From assembly GCA_934394585.1 (NCBI GenBank), contig CAKRQU010000007.1, positions 3,343-67,342 of the forward strand: a DNA stretch of 64,000 bases, given 5' to 3'. Positions within the stretch are counted from its first letter, which is position 1. Each line of letters begins with the position of its first letter. This DNA comes from an uncultured Eubacteriales bacterium (GTDB lineage Bacteria; Bacillota; Clostridia; Oscillospirales; CAG-272). Both the position numbers and the translations under genes were made by a program. The notes below the pieces were generated by a model. That model made no database searches. It was not told the origin of the DNA and saw only the letters and a program-made list of their open reading frames with translations. Below are positions 46,640-57,432 of the stretch, one piece after another.

Positions 46640-48064
46640 TTATTTGTAATATTCGGTATCGTAAAGTTTGCCGTCGGGAGTGTAATACGATTTTTTTGAA
46701 AGCTTTCCGTTTTCGTCGTAATCGTATAAGATGTATTCTTCAAGAGCGCCGTCACTATTGTATCGGCTTTCTTTGATTTTCTTGCCGCTTTCGTCGCATT
46801 CACTTATCGAATATTGATAAATATTTCCGTTTCCATCGTAGGAAATATATTTAATCGCACTTTCAAAGTCGGATTTCCCCGGATATTCGAAGCGATGACT
46901 GGGCTTTCCGGAGGATTTATATTCCGTTATCGCTGTCTTATATCCGTCGGCATTATATTCGTATATTCCGTATCCGGAAAGTTCGCCGTTGCTGTATCGG
47001 CTTTCTTTGATTTTATTATTGTTTTCGTCGTATTCGAAAACAAACCGCGGCTGTCCGTTTAAATACTCGTATTTTTTCACTATGTGCCTGCTGTTTGTTT
47101 TACCGCTGTATTCCAGTTTCAGCGTGATGTTGTCCGCCTTGTCATAATATGTTTCCGATATGGGAAAGCCCGCATCATTATATTCGTATGCCGTGCGTCC
47201 TGTTGCTTTTTTGTCGGAGTCGAGCTTTATTCGCTCCGTGATCTTTCCGTTTTCATTGAAATATTCTTTTGTGCCGCCGGATTCTTCGGAAAAGTCGAAA
47301 TTGTATCTTTTATTTCCGTTTTCGTAATATTCCGTTTCGGATACCGATTTTGTTTTTTCGTTTCGGGTTTCGCTCTTTGCGATTTTCCAGTCGTTTGTAA
47401 AATGAGCGGTACAGATGATTTTCTCGCTGTCTTTTTGACAGACGGATGTTATTTTGCGGTTTTCTTCATCGTAGGAAAAATCGCGCTTTTCGAAAATGTC
47501 GCCGCTTTTCGTATATACACGATAGCCCGTCATTTTCCCGTCGTCATCGTAGGAAAATTCGGTTTTGTCTATTTCGATTTCGCATATATTATCATCGACC
47601 ATTGCATCTATAACAATATTTCCGTACCTTATTTCGGTGATATTTCCATTTTTATCCGTACTGTAGTCGTATGTATGCGTTTGCGTTTCAACCCCGTCCC
47701 TGAAGCTGAAATCGGTATTTACGGTTTCTTTTATCATTCTGCCTTTTTTATCGTATTCGTAGATGTTTTCCGAGTACCATTTTTCCGCGCCCGCATCAAA
47801 ACATGTCACTCTTACGAGATAGCCGTTTTTATTGTATTCTCTTACTGTTTTCACATCATACTCGGTTTCCTCATATATGCCTTTTTCTTTTCTGTCAAAT
47901 TCCGGTATTGCATAATCCGAGATGAAAAGATTTATAAACTCATCCGCCGCGGCATAAATGCCCGTTTTTTCTTTTTTGTCGTTTTTAGCGCTTGCGCAGG
48001 ATACAGCGAAAACAGTGCCGAAAAGGAACAGTGCCGCGAGCAGAAAAGATAAAAATTTTTTCAT
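46640..48064 (-). CDS. lipoprotein built of YD/RHS-like repeats
   Basis: Lipobox AVSC-ASAK followed by many Y-x-Y-D/N-x-x-G-x-x-x-x-E repeats. There is no toxin-like C-terminal domain. Confidence 0.85.
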   Translation of the reverse strand: MKKFLSFLLAALFLFGTVFAVSCASAKNDKKEKTGIYAAADEFINLFISDYAIPEFDRKEKGIYEETEYDVKTVREYNKNGYLVRVTCFDAGAEKWYSENIYEYDKKGRMIKETVNTDFSFRDGVETQTHTYDYSTDKNGNITEIRYGNIVIDAMVDDNICEIEIDKTEFSYDDDGKMTGYRVYTKSGDIFEKRDFSYDEENRKITSVCQKDSEKIICTAHFTNDWKIAKSETRNEKTKSVSETEYYENGNKRYNFDFSEESGGTKEYFNENGKITERIKLDSDKKATGRTAYEYNDAGFPISETYYDKADNITLKLEYSGKTNSRHIVKKYEYLNGQPRFVFEYDENNNKIKESRYSNGELSGYGIYEYNADGYKTAITEYKSSGKPSHRFEYPGKSDFESAIKYISYDGNGNIYQYSISECDESGKKIKESRYNSDGALEEYILYDYDENGKLSKKSYYTPDGKLYDTEYYK

Positions 48065-48237
48065 GGTGTTTTCTCCTTCACAGAAATTGAATTTTGCTGA
48101 TATGATGTGATGCAGTGCGGGTATATATTTATATTATACCGAAAAAGGATGTATTTGTCAATATCGCTTTTGCGTGCTGCAAAAAACACCGAGGGAAGCG
48201 GGCATGCCTTTCACGTTCAAATTTTACAAATACACGC

Positions 48238-48266
48238 TTGAATAATAGGAAAATATGTGATATACT
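48238..48266 (+). promoter_or_regulatory. sigma-A type promoter of the MacB-like ABC operon
   Basis: TTGAAT, 17 bp ending in TGTGA, then TATACT. Confidence 0.5.
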
Positions 48267-48361
48267 TTATTGCGACAGGCGGCGCACGGAAAAAATTACG
48301 AAATCTGCGGTGTCGTGTCTGTTCTCGTGAAAATTACAAACGCAAATCAAGAGGGTACAAA

Positions 48362-49063
48362 ATGGCTTATATCGAATTTGATAACGTATGCAAAAAATAC
48401 AAAAACGGGGAGTCGGAGATATATGCGCTCGATCATATATCATTTACCGTTGAGAAAGGTGAGCTTTGCGTGATAGTCGGTCCGAGCGGAGCGGGAAAAA
48501 CCACATTGCTGAATATACTCGGCGGCATGGACAGCGCGAGCAGCGGTCATGCATATCTGGACGGATGCGAAATAAGCGCGATGAGCGATCGCGCACTTAC
48601 GGATTACCGCCGCACGGATGTGGGCTTCGTTTTCCAGTTTTACAATCTCGTGCCGAACCTCACGGCAAAAGAAAATGTGGAGCTGGCTTCCGAAATATGC
48701 AAAGACAGTCTGGATGCGGAAACCGTGCTGAAAAGCGTGGGACTGGGCGAGCGCATGAACAATTTTCCCGCACAGCTTTCGGGCGGCGAACAGCAGAGAG
48801 TTTCCATAGCGAGAGCCATCGCGAAAAATCCTAAAATAATTCTTTGCGACGAGCCTACCGGCGCGCTCGATTACAATACGGGAAAAGCCGCGCTGAAGCT
48901 ATTGCAGGACACCTGCCGCGATACGGGGAAAACCGTGATAATCATAACTCACAACAGCGCGCTGACCCGGATAGCGGACAGAGTGATCCGCGTGAAAAAC
49001 GGAAAAGCCGTTTCCGAGGAGATAAACAAAACTCCGATGCCCGTGGAAAGGATAGAATGGTAA
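48362..49063 (+). CDS. ABC transporter ATP-binding protein (MacB/LolD-like)
   Basis: Walker [17 protein letters not shown] signature and Walker [14 protein letters not shown] 48362. The track start at 48257 adds an implausible basic leader. Confidence 0.92.
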   Translation: MAYIEFDNVCKKYKNGESEIYALDHISFTVEKGELCVIVGPSGAGKTTLLNILGGMDSASSGHAYLDGCEISAMSDRALTDYRRTDVGFVFQFYNLVPNLTAKENVELASEICKDSLDAETVLKSVGLGERMNNFPAQLSGGEQQRVSIARAIAKNPKIILCDEPTGALDYNTGKAALKLLQDTCRDTGKTVIIITHNSALTRIADRVIRVKNGKAVSEEINKTPMPVERIEW

Positions 49064-49069
49064 AGCGCG

Positions 49070-51820
49070 GTGAAAAAGACAAGATTTAAAAATATATCGC
49101 GGAATATAAAGGGAAGCATGACGCGCTTTTTATCTATACTTTTCATAGTGGCGCTCGGTTCCGGTTTCATGGCGGGACTGGCAGCCACTTCTCCCGATAT
49201 GTACGATACCGCCGACAAATACATGGATGAAAACAACTGGTTTGATCTGGATATAAAATCCTCGCTGGGTTTCACGGCGGATGACGTGGCGGCGGTCGCT
49301 TCCGATGCCGATGTAAAAGAGGCGGTCGGCACAAATGTTTTCGATATAGTGCTGGTGGGCGGCGATACGGAATATACCTGCCGCGTATATGCCACGCTTT
49401 CCGGCGCGGAAAACCCGATGAACGGCGTAGTGCTGAAAGAGGGCAGAATGCCCGAAAACGACGGTGAATGCCTTGCTCAGATAACGATGGGCAGATATTT
49501 TGACGGAGATATAAAGATAGGCGATGTGCTGACGCTTTCCGGCGACAATAAAAATTACGATATTCTCGACGGCTGCATGAAGAAAAATTCGCTTACCGTG
49601 GTGGGATTTGTCGAAAGCCCGATGTGCATAAGCATAACGGCGGAGCCGAGTACCGTCGGTACGGGACGTATAGCGATGGATATATATACTGCCGCCGACT
49701 TTTTCAAAACCGATTATTTTACGGATATTTTTGTCACGCTGAAAGGCGCCGCAGAGCTTGATGCCTTCGGCGACGAATACGAGGATCTGATAAACGGCAG
49801 ACTTTCATCTATAGAAGCGCTCGGCGACGAGCGTATGAAAATCCGCAGGGATTCCATAAAAGAAACCGCGAGGGAAAGCATGGCTTTCCTGCAAAAAGCG
49901 GCAATGCTCGCGGCGCAGATAAAGAGTGCCGGTACGATGCCCGATACGGCTGCGATAAAGCAGATTTACGAAAACGCCGCCGCGGCTGTGCTCACCGCAT
50001 CGGGGGAGCCTGCGCTCGCGTCGCTTCTTCCGCAGACGGAAAAAGCCGTAGCGGAAGGAATTTCCGGCGCGGGAGGGCTTGAAGCGCTCGCATCCGCGAT
50101 GGCTGCCGATATCAAAGCGGCAGATAACATGACAGGAGAAGTTTCCGAGGTGTCGTGGATTTTGCGTACGAGATACGACAATACGGGATTTTCCGCATAC
50201 GACAGCAATGTGGGCAAAGTGTCCGCGCTTTCCAAAATATTCCCGGCATTCTTTTTCATGGTGGCTTTGCTTGTCGCGTTGACCACTATGACGCGTCTGG
50301 TGGAGGAAAACCGCGCACAGATAGGCACGCTCAAGGCTCTGGGCTTCACAAACGGGCAGATTTTGCGCGAATATATGTTTTACAGCCTGCTTTCGTCCGC
50401 GCTCGGCTGTGCGCTCGGCTTTGCCGTGGGATTCAGATTATTCCCGCGCGCCATCAGCTCCGCCTACAGCATGATGTTTATCCTGCCGGAAACACAGACG
50501 CCTTTCCGCGCGGACATAGCGCTGTGGGTAGCTCCCGTGACGGTGGGAAGCATACTTCTCGCTTCTTTTCTTGCCTGCCATGCGGAATACAAGGCTTCTC
50601 CCGCGGCGCTGATGCAACCGAAAGCGCCTGCCGCAGGCAAGCGTATATTCCTCGAGCACCTGCCGTTTATATGGAAAAAGCTTTCTTTCACGCACAAAGT
50701 GACCTGCCGCAATCTTTTCAGATACAAAAAGCGCTTTTTCATGACGGTGATAGGCGTGGCGGGATGCAGTGCGCTCCTGCTCACGGGATTCGGACTGCGC
50801 GATTCCGTTTCGGATATAGTGGATAAGCAGTTCGGCGAAATTTACAAATACGAGCTGACCCTGATGACGGGCGGCGAGGAAGCCATGCAGAGCGACGATG
50901 CGCTCGCGGCAATGCTTTCCGACAAATCGCTCGTTTCCGATAAAATGGATTTCTTTGAGGAAAACGCAAAGGCCGGCGAAGCCGTGAAAACGGAATCGCT
51001 GAAAATATGCGTCCCCTCGGAGCCTTCGCGCACGGAAAATTTCATAGCTCTGAGAAACCGCAAAAGCGGGGAAGCCATAGCTTTCCCCGAAAACGGCGCC
51101 GTGCTGACGGAAAAACTTTGCGAAAAGCTGGGGCTTTCCGTGGGTGATACGGTAACTCTGGAAAATGCCGACGGCAAAAAAGGCACCGTGACAGTCGCAG
51201 GGATAACGGAAAATTATATATCATCCTACGCATACATGAATGCCGCAACTTACGAGAGCGTTTTCGGCACCTCGCCGGAATTTTCACATGTTATGTGCAG
51301 ACTGGCGGGGAAAGCCGACGCAAATGACGCGACGGGACGTTTCATGAACTGCGAAAGCGTGGTTTTCGCAAATTCATCTGTCAGCCTGAAAAACAGCTTC
51401 AGCGACTCGATAAAAAGTATAAACGGCGTCATTCTCACGCTGATACTTGCTGCGGGACTGCTCTGCATGGTCACACTCTATAATCTGACGAATGTCAATA
51501 TCTGCGAGCGCAGAAAAGAGCTCGCCACGATAAGAGTGCTGGGATTTCACAAGAGGGAAGTGGAAAATTACATTTTCCGCGAAACCAATATACTCAGCTT
51601 TATAGGCGCGGCAGCGGGACTGCTCGTCGGCGTATGGCTGCATTCTTTTGTGGTGCGCACGGTAGAGGTGGACCAGGTTATGTTCGGCAGGAGCATATAT
51701 CCCATGAGCTATATTTACGCGCTCGCCATATCGGTGGCTTTCACGCTGCTCGTGAATATCGTGATGCGCGGAAAAATACGCTCCATAGATATGGTGGAAG
51801 CCATGAAAGCAAATGACTGA
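49070..51820 (+). CDS. FtsX-family ABC permease with duplicated FtsX domains (916 aa)
   Basis: Two FtsX 3-TM bundles, each preceded by a large extracytoplasmic region. Confidence 0.9.
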   Translation: MKKTRFKNISRNIKGSMTRFLSILFIVALGSGFMAGLAATSPDMYDTADKYMDENNWFDLDIKSSLGFTADDVAAVASDADVKEAVGTNVFDIVLVGGDTEYTCRVYATLSGAENPMNGVVLKEGRMPENDGECLAQITMGRYFDGDIKIGDVLTLSGDNKNYDILDGCMKKNSLTVVGFVESPMCISITAEPSTVGTGRIAMDIYTAADFFKTDYFTDIFVTLKGAAELDAFGDEYEDLINGRLSSIEALGDERMKIRRDSIKETARESMAFLQKAAMLAAQIKSAGTMPDTAAIKQIYENAAAAVLTASGEPALASLLPQTEKAVAEGISGAGGLEALASAMAADIKAADNMTGEVSEVSWILRTRYDNTGFSAYDSNVGKVSALSKIFPAFFFMVALLVALTTMTRLVEENRAQIGTLKALGFTNGQILREYMFYSLLSSALGCALGFAVGFRLFPRAISSAYSMMFILPETQTPFRADIALWVAPVTVGSILLASFLACHAEYKASPAALMQPKAPAAGKRIFLEHLPFIWKKLSFTHKVTCRNLFRYKKRFFMTVIGVAGCSALLLTGFGLRDSVSDIVDKQFGEIYKYELTLMTGGEEAMQSDDALAAMLSDKSLVSDKMDFFEENAKAGEAVKTESLKICVPSEPSRTENFIALRNRKSGEAIAFPENGAVLTEKLCEKLGLSVGDTVTLENADGKKGTVTVAGITENYISSYAYMNAATYESVFGTSPEFSHVMCRLAGKADANDATGRFMNCESVVFANSSVSLKNSFSDSIKSINGVILTLILAAGLLCMVTLYNLTNVNICERRKELATIRVLGFHKREVENYIFRETNILSFIGAAAGLLVGVWLHSFVVRTVEVDQVMFGRSIYPMSYIYALAISVAFTLLVNIVMRGKIRSIDMVEAMKAND

Positions 51821-51827
51821 AATAAAA

Positions 51828-51869
51828 ATGTATTGCCGCGTCCTAAAAGATCCGGCAATACATTTTTTT
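51828..51869 (+). terminator. intrinsic terminator
   Basis: ATGTATTGCCG...CGGCAATACAT stem followed by TTTTTTT. Confidence 0.8.
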
Positions 51870-51955
51870 CTATATTAAGTGTAAAATTTATCATGCGGAA
51901 TTTTGGTTATTATGACAAAAATTAATAAAACATGAGCAAAGTTGAGGTAAAGTTG

Positions 51956-51984
51956 TTGACTAAAATCGGTTTGAGTGATATTAT
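51956..51984 (+). promoter_or_regulatory. sigma-A type promoter of the RDD-family gene
   Basis: TTGACT, 17 bp ending in TGA, then TATTAT. Confidence 0.45.
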
Positions 51985-52045
51985 ATTTATAATATAAGAT
52001 ATAATTTGTCATAAACCGATTTTTTGTGCGAAAGAGAGAAGCGGA

Positions 52046-52798
52046 ATGATTTACGATATTCAGAAGGCGAGCCTGTGGAAAAGAATAGCGGCGGCTTTGC
52101 TGGATTTTATTCTTATTTCCATCGTTGCAGTGGGATTTGCCTCTCTGATTTCGCTTATAACGAATTACGACAGGCATAATGACGAGCTGAATGCCATTTA
52201 TGCCGAATATGAAGAAAAATACGATATAGACCGCAGCAAAGATCTGTCCACGCTGACCGACGAGGAGCGCGTGCGGTATGAAAAGGCGGACGAGGCTTTC
52301 CGGAATGATGAAAAAGCCGCGAAAACCGCTTCGCTCGTGCTTAATCTTACTCTGGTGATAACAAGCATGAGCATTTTTGCCGCAGTGATGGCGGGCGAAT
52401 TCATTCTGCCGCTGATACTGAAAAACGGGCAGACCGTGGGCAAAAAGGTATTCGGGCTGGGCGTGATGGCGACAAACGGCGTGAAAATAAAAACCGTGGC
52501 GCTTTTTATCCGCTCTCTGCTCGGCAAATATACCATAGAAACCATGATACCCGCGCTGATACTGATAATGATTTATTTCGGAAGCATAGGACTGACGGGC
52601 GTAATCGTGCTCGGACTGATAATCCTGCTCCAGCTTATACTGATAATATCCACAAGAAACAATTCACTGATACATGATCTCATTTCCGATACCGTTGTGA
52701 TAGATTTGTCGAGCCAGCGGATTTTCGATTCGGAAAGCGAAATGATAGAATATAAAAAGAAAGTTCATGCCGAAGCGGCGGCAAAATCGCCGTATTGA
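52046..52798 (+). CDS. RDD family membrane protein
   Basis: The KRIAAALLDFILISIV start is typical of the RDD domain. Several TM segments. Confidence 0.85.
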   Translation: MIYDIQKASLWKRIAAALLDFILISIVAVGFASLISLITNYDRHNDELNAIYAEYEEKYDIDRSKDLSTLTDEERVRYEKADEAFRNDEKAAKTASLVLNLTLVITSMSIFAAVMAGEFILPLILKNGQTVGKKVFGLGVMATNGVKIKTVALFIRSLLGKYTIETMIPALILIMIYFGSIGLTGVIVLGLIILLQLILIISTRNNSLIHDLISDTVVIDLSSQRIFDSESEMIEYKKKVHAEAAAKSPY

Positions 52799-53008
52799 TG
52801 AGGCGCACTTTTTTCGGATGATGAAAATGTACACTATGGCAGGAGCGGGGCAGAAAATGGATCAGGCGGATAATCTCGGATAGCAACATGCAAAGGCGCA
52901 CGATGTGCGTCCTTTCGTCGCGCAAAAAACCGAATTTTTATCCTGCTGTAAACCGGATGTTAATAATAGCAGAACAAAAAGGCAAATAACTAAAGGAAAG
53001 GGTTTTAT

Positions 53009-54109
53009 ATGAAAGTAGAATTGCAGAATCTCACAAAAATTTTCCCGAGCAGGAACAAAAAGTCAAACGAAGAGGTCGTAGCGGTAAATAATTTTAATTT
53101 TACCATACCGGACGGTAAGCTGATAGGACTTCTCGGACCTTCCGGCTGCGGAAAAAGCACGACTCTCTATATGATTTGCGGACTTCAGAAGCCGACGAGC
53201 GGAAAAATATTTTTCGGTGATGACGATGTTACCGAGCTTTCTCCGGAAAACCGCGGAGTGGGTCTTGTTTTCCAGAACTACGCCCTTTATCCGCACATGA
53301 CTGTAAAGCAGAATATCCTTTTCCCGCTTCAGAATCTGAAAGGCGCAGACAAGCTGGACAAGGAAACGATGCTGGAGCGTGCTTATGAGGCGGCAAAGCT
53401 TGTTCAGATAGACAATCTGATGGAGCGCAAGCCGAGCGAGCTTTCCGGCGGTCAGCAGCAGCGTGTCGCCATAGCGCGTGCGCTTGTGAAAATGCCCAGA
53501 GTTCTTCTTCTCGACGAGCCGCTTTCCAACCTGGATGCACGTCTGCGTCTGCAGACGCGCGAGGAAATCCGCCGTATTCAGCGCGAAACAAAAATAACCA
53601 CCGTTTTTGTAACACACGACCAGGAAGAAGCGATGAGCATTTCCGATATGATAGTGGTAATGAAGCTCGGCGTGGTACAGCAGATAGGCAAGCCGCAGGA
53701 AGTATACGACGATCCCGTAAATCTTTTCGTGGCGAAATTCCTCGGAACACCTCCGATAAACGTATTTGAAGGAAATATTACCGCGGGCAAGCTTTATATA
53801 GGCGAGGACGCAGTCCTTTCCGTGCCCGGTCAGGAGGACAGAGAAGTATATGTGGCTATCCGTCCCGAAGGCTTTATTCCTTCCGAAACCGGTGCGCTCT
53901 GCTGCAAGCTTTCCAATATCGAAGTAATGGGCAGAGATGTCAGCATAGTTTCCACAAATACATTCTCGCAAAATCCCGTAGTGCGTTCCATAATAAATTC
54001 GGATTACAAAATAAACACGGAGTCCGAAATGGTAAGATACGATCTGAAGCCGCACAAGACGTTCATTTTCGATAAAAAGACCGAAGAAAGAATTTATTTT
54101 GAGGTATAA
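53009..54109 (+). CDS. CUT1-type ABC importer ATP-binding protein (MsmK/UgpC/MalK-like)
   Basis: Walker A GPSGCGKST, LSGGQQQRVAIARAL signature, Walker B LLDEPLSNLD and a C-terminal TOBE-like regulatory domain. Confidence 0.93.
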   Translation: MKVELQNLTKIFPSRNKKSNEEVVAVNNFNFTIPDGKLIGLLGPSGCGKSTTLYMICGLQKPTSGKIFFGDDDVTELSPENRGVGLVFQNYALYPHMTVKQNILFPLQNLKGADKLDKETMLERAYEAAKLVQIDNLMERKPSELSGGQQQRVAIARALVKMPRVLLLDEPLSNLDARLRLQTREEIRRIQRETKITTVFVTHDQEEAMSISDMIVVMKLGVVQQIGKPQEVYDDPVNLFVAKFLGTPPINVFEGNITAGKLYIGEDAVLSVPGQEDREVYVAIRPEGFIPSETGALCCKLSNIEVMGRDVSIVSTNTFSQNPVVRSIINSDYKINTESEMVRYDLKPHKTFIFDKKTEERIYFEV

Positions 54110-54111
54110 TT

Positions 54112-55056
54112 ATGGTTGAAAGCAAGCAGCAATGGAAGGCATGGCTTTATCTTGCGCCTGCGATAGCCCTTTTGCTGGTATTTACCGTATGGCCGATTTT
54201 CAATACGGTCCGTATGTCGCTTCTCGAAGGCTACGGCGGACTTGCTGCGGCAGGCGGCGCTACCTTTAAATTCGGTCTTGGAAATTTCAAAAAGGTTATC
54301 GAATACCGCGGATTTCTGAATTGCCTTAAAAACACTACTCTTATCTGTATTCTCACAGTGCCGATATCGTCTTTTCTCGCATTGCTTATAGCGGTATGCC
54401 TGAATTCGATAAAGGCGCTCCAGAAAGTATTGCAGACAATATTTTTCCTGCCTTATGTGACAAACTCCATAGCCATAGGCATGGTTTTTGCCGCTATGTT
54501 CAATATAGTCGGCAATCTCGGCACCGATGGTAATGATATCATTGTCACCGCGGGTATAATAAACAATGTGATAGAATTTTTCGGCGGCACAGCGGTAAAC
54601 TGGATAAACAACGGTTCATCGTATGCGGCTAACATTACCGTAATGGTAATATACATAGTATGGAATGCTCTGCCTTTCAAGATACTAATTCTTCTCGGCG
54701 GACTTCAGAGCATAAACAAGCAATACTATGACGCGGCGCGCGTGGACGGTACATCCCGCAGAAGAATTTTCACCCGCATAACCGTGCCGCTTCTTTCGCC
54801 GATGCTCGCGTATGTAATAATTACCGGATTTATCGGCGGTTTCAAGGAATATACGAGCATAGTCGGTATATTCGGAGAGAAAATGGGTCCCGCACACGAT
54901 CCGGGCAGACTGAATACAATGGTGGGCTTCATTTACGATTCGCTCAAAAACAACAATCAGGGGCGTGCAAGTGCCGCCGCACTGATCCTTTTTGCGATAA
55001 TTCTTGTCGTTACATTGATAAACCTCCGTGTAAGCAAGAAACGAGTTCATTATTAA
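54112..55056 (+). CDS. carbohydrate-type ABC importer permease (MalF/UgpA-like)
   Basis: Six TM segments and the EAA-loop region DAARVDGTSRRRIFTRITVP. Confidence 0.9.
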   Translation: MVESKQQWKAWLYLAPAIALLLVFTVWPIFNTVRMSLLEGYGGLAAAGGATFKFGLGNFKKVIEYRGFLNCLKNTTLICILTVPISSFLALLIAVCLNSIKALQKVLQTIFFLPYVTNSIAIGMVFAAMFNIVGNLGTDGNDIIVTAGIINNVIEFFGGTAVNWINNGSSYAANITVMVIYIVWNALPFKILILLGGLQSINKQYYDAARVDGTSRRRIFTRITVPLLSPMLAYVIITGFIGGFKEYTSIVGIFGEKMGPAHDPGRLNTMVGFIYDSLKNNNQGRASAAALILFAIILVVTLINLRVSKKRVHY

Positions 55057-55068
55057 GGGGGTGCGCAG

Positions 55069-55962
55069 ATGAAAAATCAAAACAGTGTTACGATGCAAGA
55101 AAAAGATCTGCGTCAGGTCACGGTACAGCAGAGAATAATGAAAGTTGTCGTGAAAGCCGCGATATATATTTTCCTTATCGCCGTGGCGGTATGCGTGCTT
55201 TTCCCGTTTTACTGGATGCTGATATCATCGCTGAAAAGCCTTGATGAATACAGACTGAATGTCCCGACGCTTTTTCCGAGAGCCGTGCTCTTTTCCAATT
55301 ATAAAACGGCTTTCGAATCGGCGAGCCTCGGCAGACTTTTCCTGAATACGGCTTATGTAGGAATAGTTTCAACCCTGCTTTCTCTTGTGATAACGGTGCT
55401 TTCCGCTTTCGCATTTGCAAGACTGGAATTCAAAGGCAAAAATGTACTTTTTGCCGGACTGCTGGCGACAATGATGATACCGGGCGAGCTTTTCACCATC
55501 ACAAACTACAGCACGGTAACCACATTCGGCTGGATAGGCACATATACCGTTCTCATCGTGCCTTTTCTCGTCAGTGTTTTCTATATCTATCTGCTCAGGC
55601 AGAATTTCATGCAGATACCGAATGAGCTTTATCTCGCCGCCAAGGTGGACGGCACGAGCGATATCAAATATCTGTGGAAGGTAATGATACCGCTTTCACT
55701 TCCCACGCTGATTTCCATAACGATACTGAAAATGATGGGTGCGTGGAATTCATATATCTGGCCGCGACTTGTTGCAAACGACGAGGCGCACAGAATGATA
55801 ACAAACGGTTTGCGCAATGCTTTCACGGATACGACGGGCGATGTGAACTATCCTGTTCAGATGGCGGCGGTGGCGCTTGTTTCCGCTCCGCTTTTCCTCG
55901 TTTTCATATTCCTGAGAAAGTATATCATGAAGGGCGTAAGCCGCAGCGGAATCAAAGGATGA
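55069..55962 (+). CDS. carbohydrate-type ABC importer permease (MalG/UgpE-like)
   Basis: EAA loop LAAKVDGTSDIKYLWKVMIP. Confidence 0.9.
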   Translation: MKNQNSVTMQEKDLRQVTVQQRIMKVVVKAAIYIFLIAVAVCVLFPFYWMLISSLKSLDEYRLNVPTLFPRAVLFSNYKTAFESASLGRLFLNTAYVGIVSTLLSLVITVLSAFAFARLEFKGKNVLFAGLLATMMIPGELFTITNYSTVTTFGWIGTYTVLIVPFLVSVFYIYLLRQNFMQIPNELYLAAKVDGTSDIKYLWKVMIPLSLPTLISITILKMMGAWNSYIWPRLVANDEAHRMITNGLRNAFTDTTGDVNYPVQMAAVALVSAPLFLVFIFLRKYIMKGVSRSGIKG

Positions 55963-56025
55963 TAAGCTTCCGTGGAGGCTATTATCGGATAAATCAAAAA
56001 AATAAAAACAGGAGGAATCCACACT

Positions 56026-57432
56026 ATGATGAAGAAAATCTTATCTGTTCTGCTTTTGGTAGCTATGATTTTTGTTATGGCATCCTGCGGCGGCGGCAAA
56101 AAGGCTCTCCCCAATTTTGACGTTCCCGAAGGCGGCTATGACGGCAGCGAAGTTACCATCACATTCTACCACACAATGGGTTCAAATCTTTCCGAAGTTC
56201 TCAACCGTTATATCGAGTCCTTCAATAAGCTTTACCCGAATATCCACATTGATGCCAAGCAGGTCGGCAGCTATGACGATGTAAGAGATCAGATCAGCAC
56301 GGAAATCACGGTAGGCAACCAGCCCAATATAGCTTACTGCTATCCCGATCACGTTGCTCTCTATAACCTCGCAGGTGCAGTTGCCACGCTCGACAATCTT
56401 ATCGACAGCAAGATTACAGTTACAAGAGCCGACGGCACAACAGAGGCTCTCGGTCTTACAAAAGATCAGATAAACGATTTTATCGCGGGCTACTATGAGG
56501 AAGGTAAACAGTTCGGCGACGGTCTGATGTACACGCTTCCTTTCTCCAAATCCACGGAAGTTCTCTATTATAACAAGACTTTCTTTGATGCAAACGGTCT
56601 TACAGTTCCCACAACATGGGATGAGCTGGAAGCAACAATGAAGAAAATCAAAGAAATCGATCCCAACTGCATCCCGCTCGGCTACGACAGCGAAGCAAAC
56701 TGGTTTATCACCATGTGCGAGCAGTATGAATCCGATTACACCAGCGCAGAAGGCGATCATTATCTTTTCGATAACGAAACAAACAGAAACTTTGTAAAGA
56801 AATTCCGCGAATGGTATCAGAAAGGTTATCTGACCACTCAGTCGCTTTTCGGCGCATACACATCCGGTCTTTTCGTGGCTCAGACAGGCACGAGAAGCTA
56901 TATGTCCATCGGTTCTTCCGCAGGTGCTACACACCAGCGCCCCGAAAAGATAGACGGTGCTTATCCTTTTGAGGTAGGCATAGCTACAGTACCGCAGGTT
57001 TCCACAACAAACAAGAAAGTTATTTCTCAGGGACCCAGCATATGTATTTTCAAGAAAGACAATGCTCAGGAAGTAGTTGCTTCTTGGCTTTTCGTAAAAT
57101 ATCTTACGACAAGCGTGGAATTCCAGGCTGAATTCTCCATGGCTTCCGGCTATGTTCCCGTTCTCAAGTCCGTTTCCGAAAACGAAGCATACAAGGCATT
57201 TGTTAACCAGGCAGACGGCGGCAACTATATTTCCGCTCTCAGTGCAAAGATTTGTCTTGAGCAGGAAGATGCTTACTACACATCTCCCGCATTCAACGGT
57301 TCCTCCACAGCACGCGATCAGGTAGGCAAGCTTCTTGCAAAGTGCCTCACGGCTGACGACGGCGGAAATGTTGATAACATGATAAAGAAAGCATTTGAGG
57401 ATGCTATAGCAGAGTGCGAGTATAATGGCTGA
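56026..57432 (+). CDS. extracellular solute-binding lipoprotein (SBP family 1)
   Basis: Lipobox VMASC-GGG and family-1 SBP-like sequence. Confidence 0.9.
   Translation: MMKKILSVLLLVAMIFVMASCGGGKKALPNFDVPEGGYDGSEVTITFYHTMGSNLSEVLNRYIESFNKLYPNIHIDAKQVGSYDDVRDQISTEITVGNQPNIAYCYPDHVALYNLAGAVATLDNLIDSKITVTRADGTTEALGLTKDQINDFIAGYYEEGKQFGDGLMYTLPFSKSTEVLYYNKTFFDANGLTVPTTWDELEATMKKIKEIDPNCIPLGYDSEANWFITMCEQYESDYTSAEGDHYLFDNETNRNFVKKFREWYQKGYLTTQSLFGAYTSGLFVAQTGTRSYMSIGSSAGATHQRPEKIDGAYPFEVGIATVPQVSTTNKKVISQGPSICIFKKDNAQEVVASWLFVKYLTTSVEFQAEFSMASGYVPVLKSVSENEAYKAFVNQADGGNYISALSAKICLEQEDAYYTSPAFNGSSTARDQVGKLLAKCLTADDGGNVDNMIKKAFEDAIAECEYNG

Noticed and set aside
46640-48064. The YD-repeat protein as an RHS/polymorphic toxin.
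   Set aside because: It is only 474 aa with a lipoprotein signal. It has no RHS core end motif, no C-terminal toxin domain and no adjacent immunity gene.
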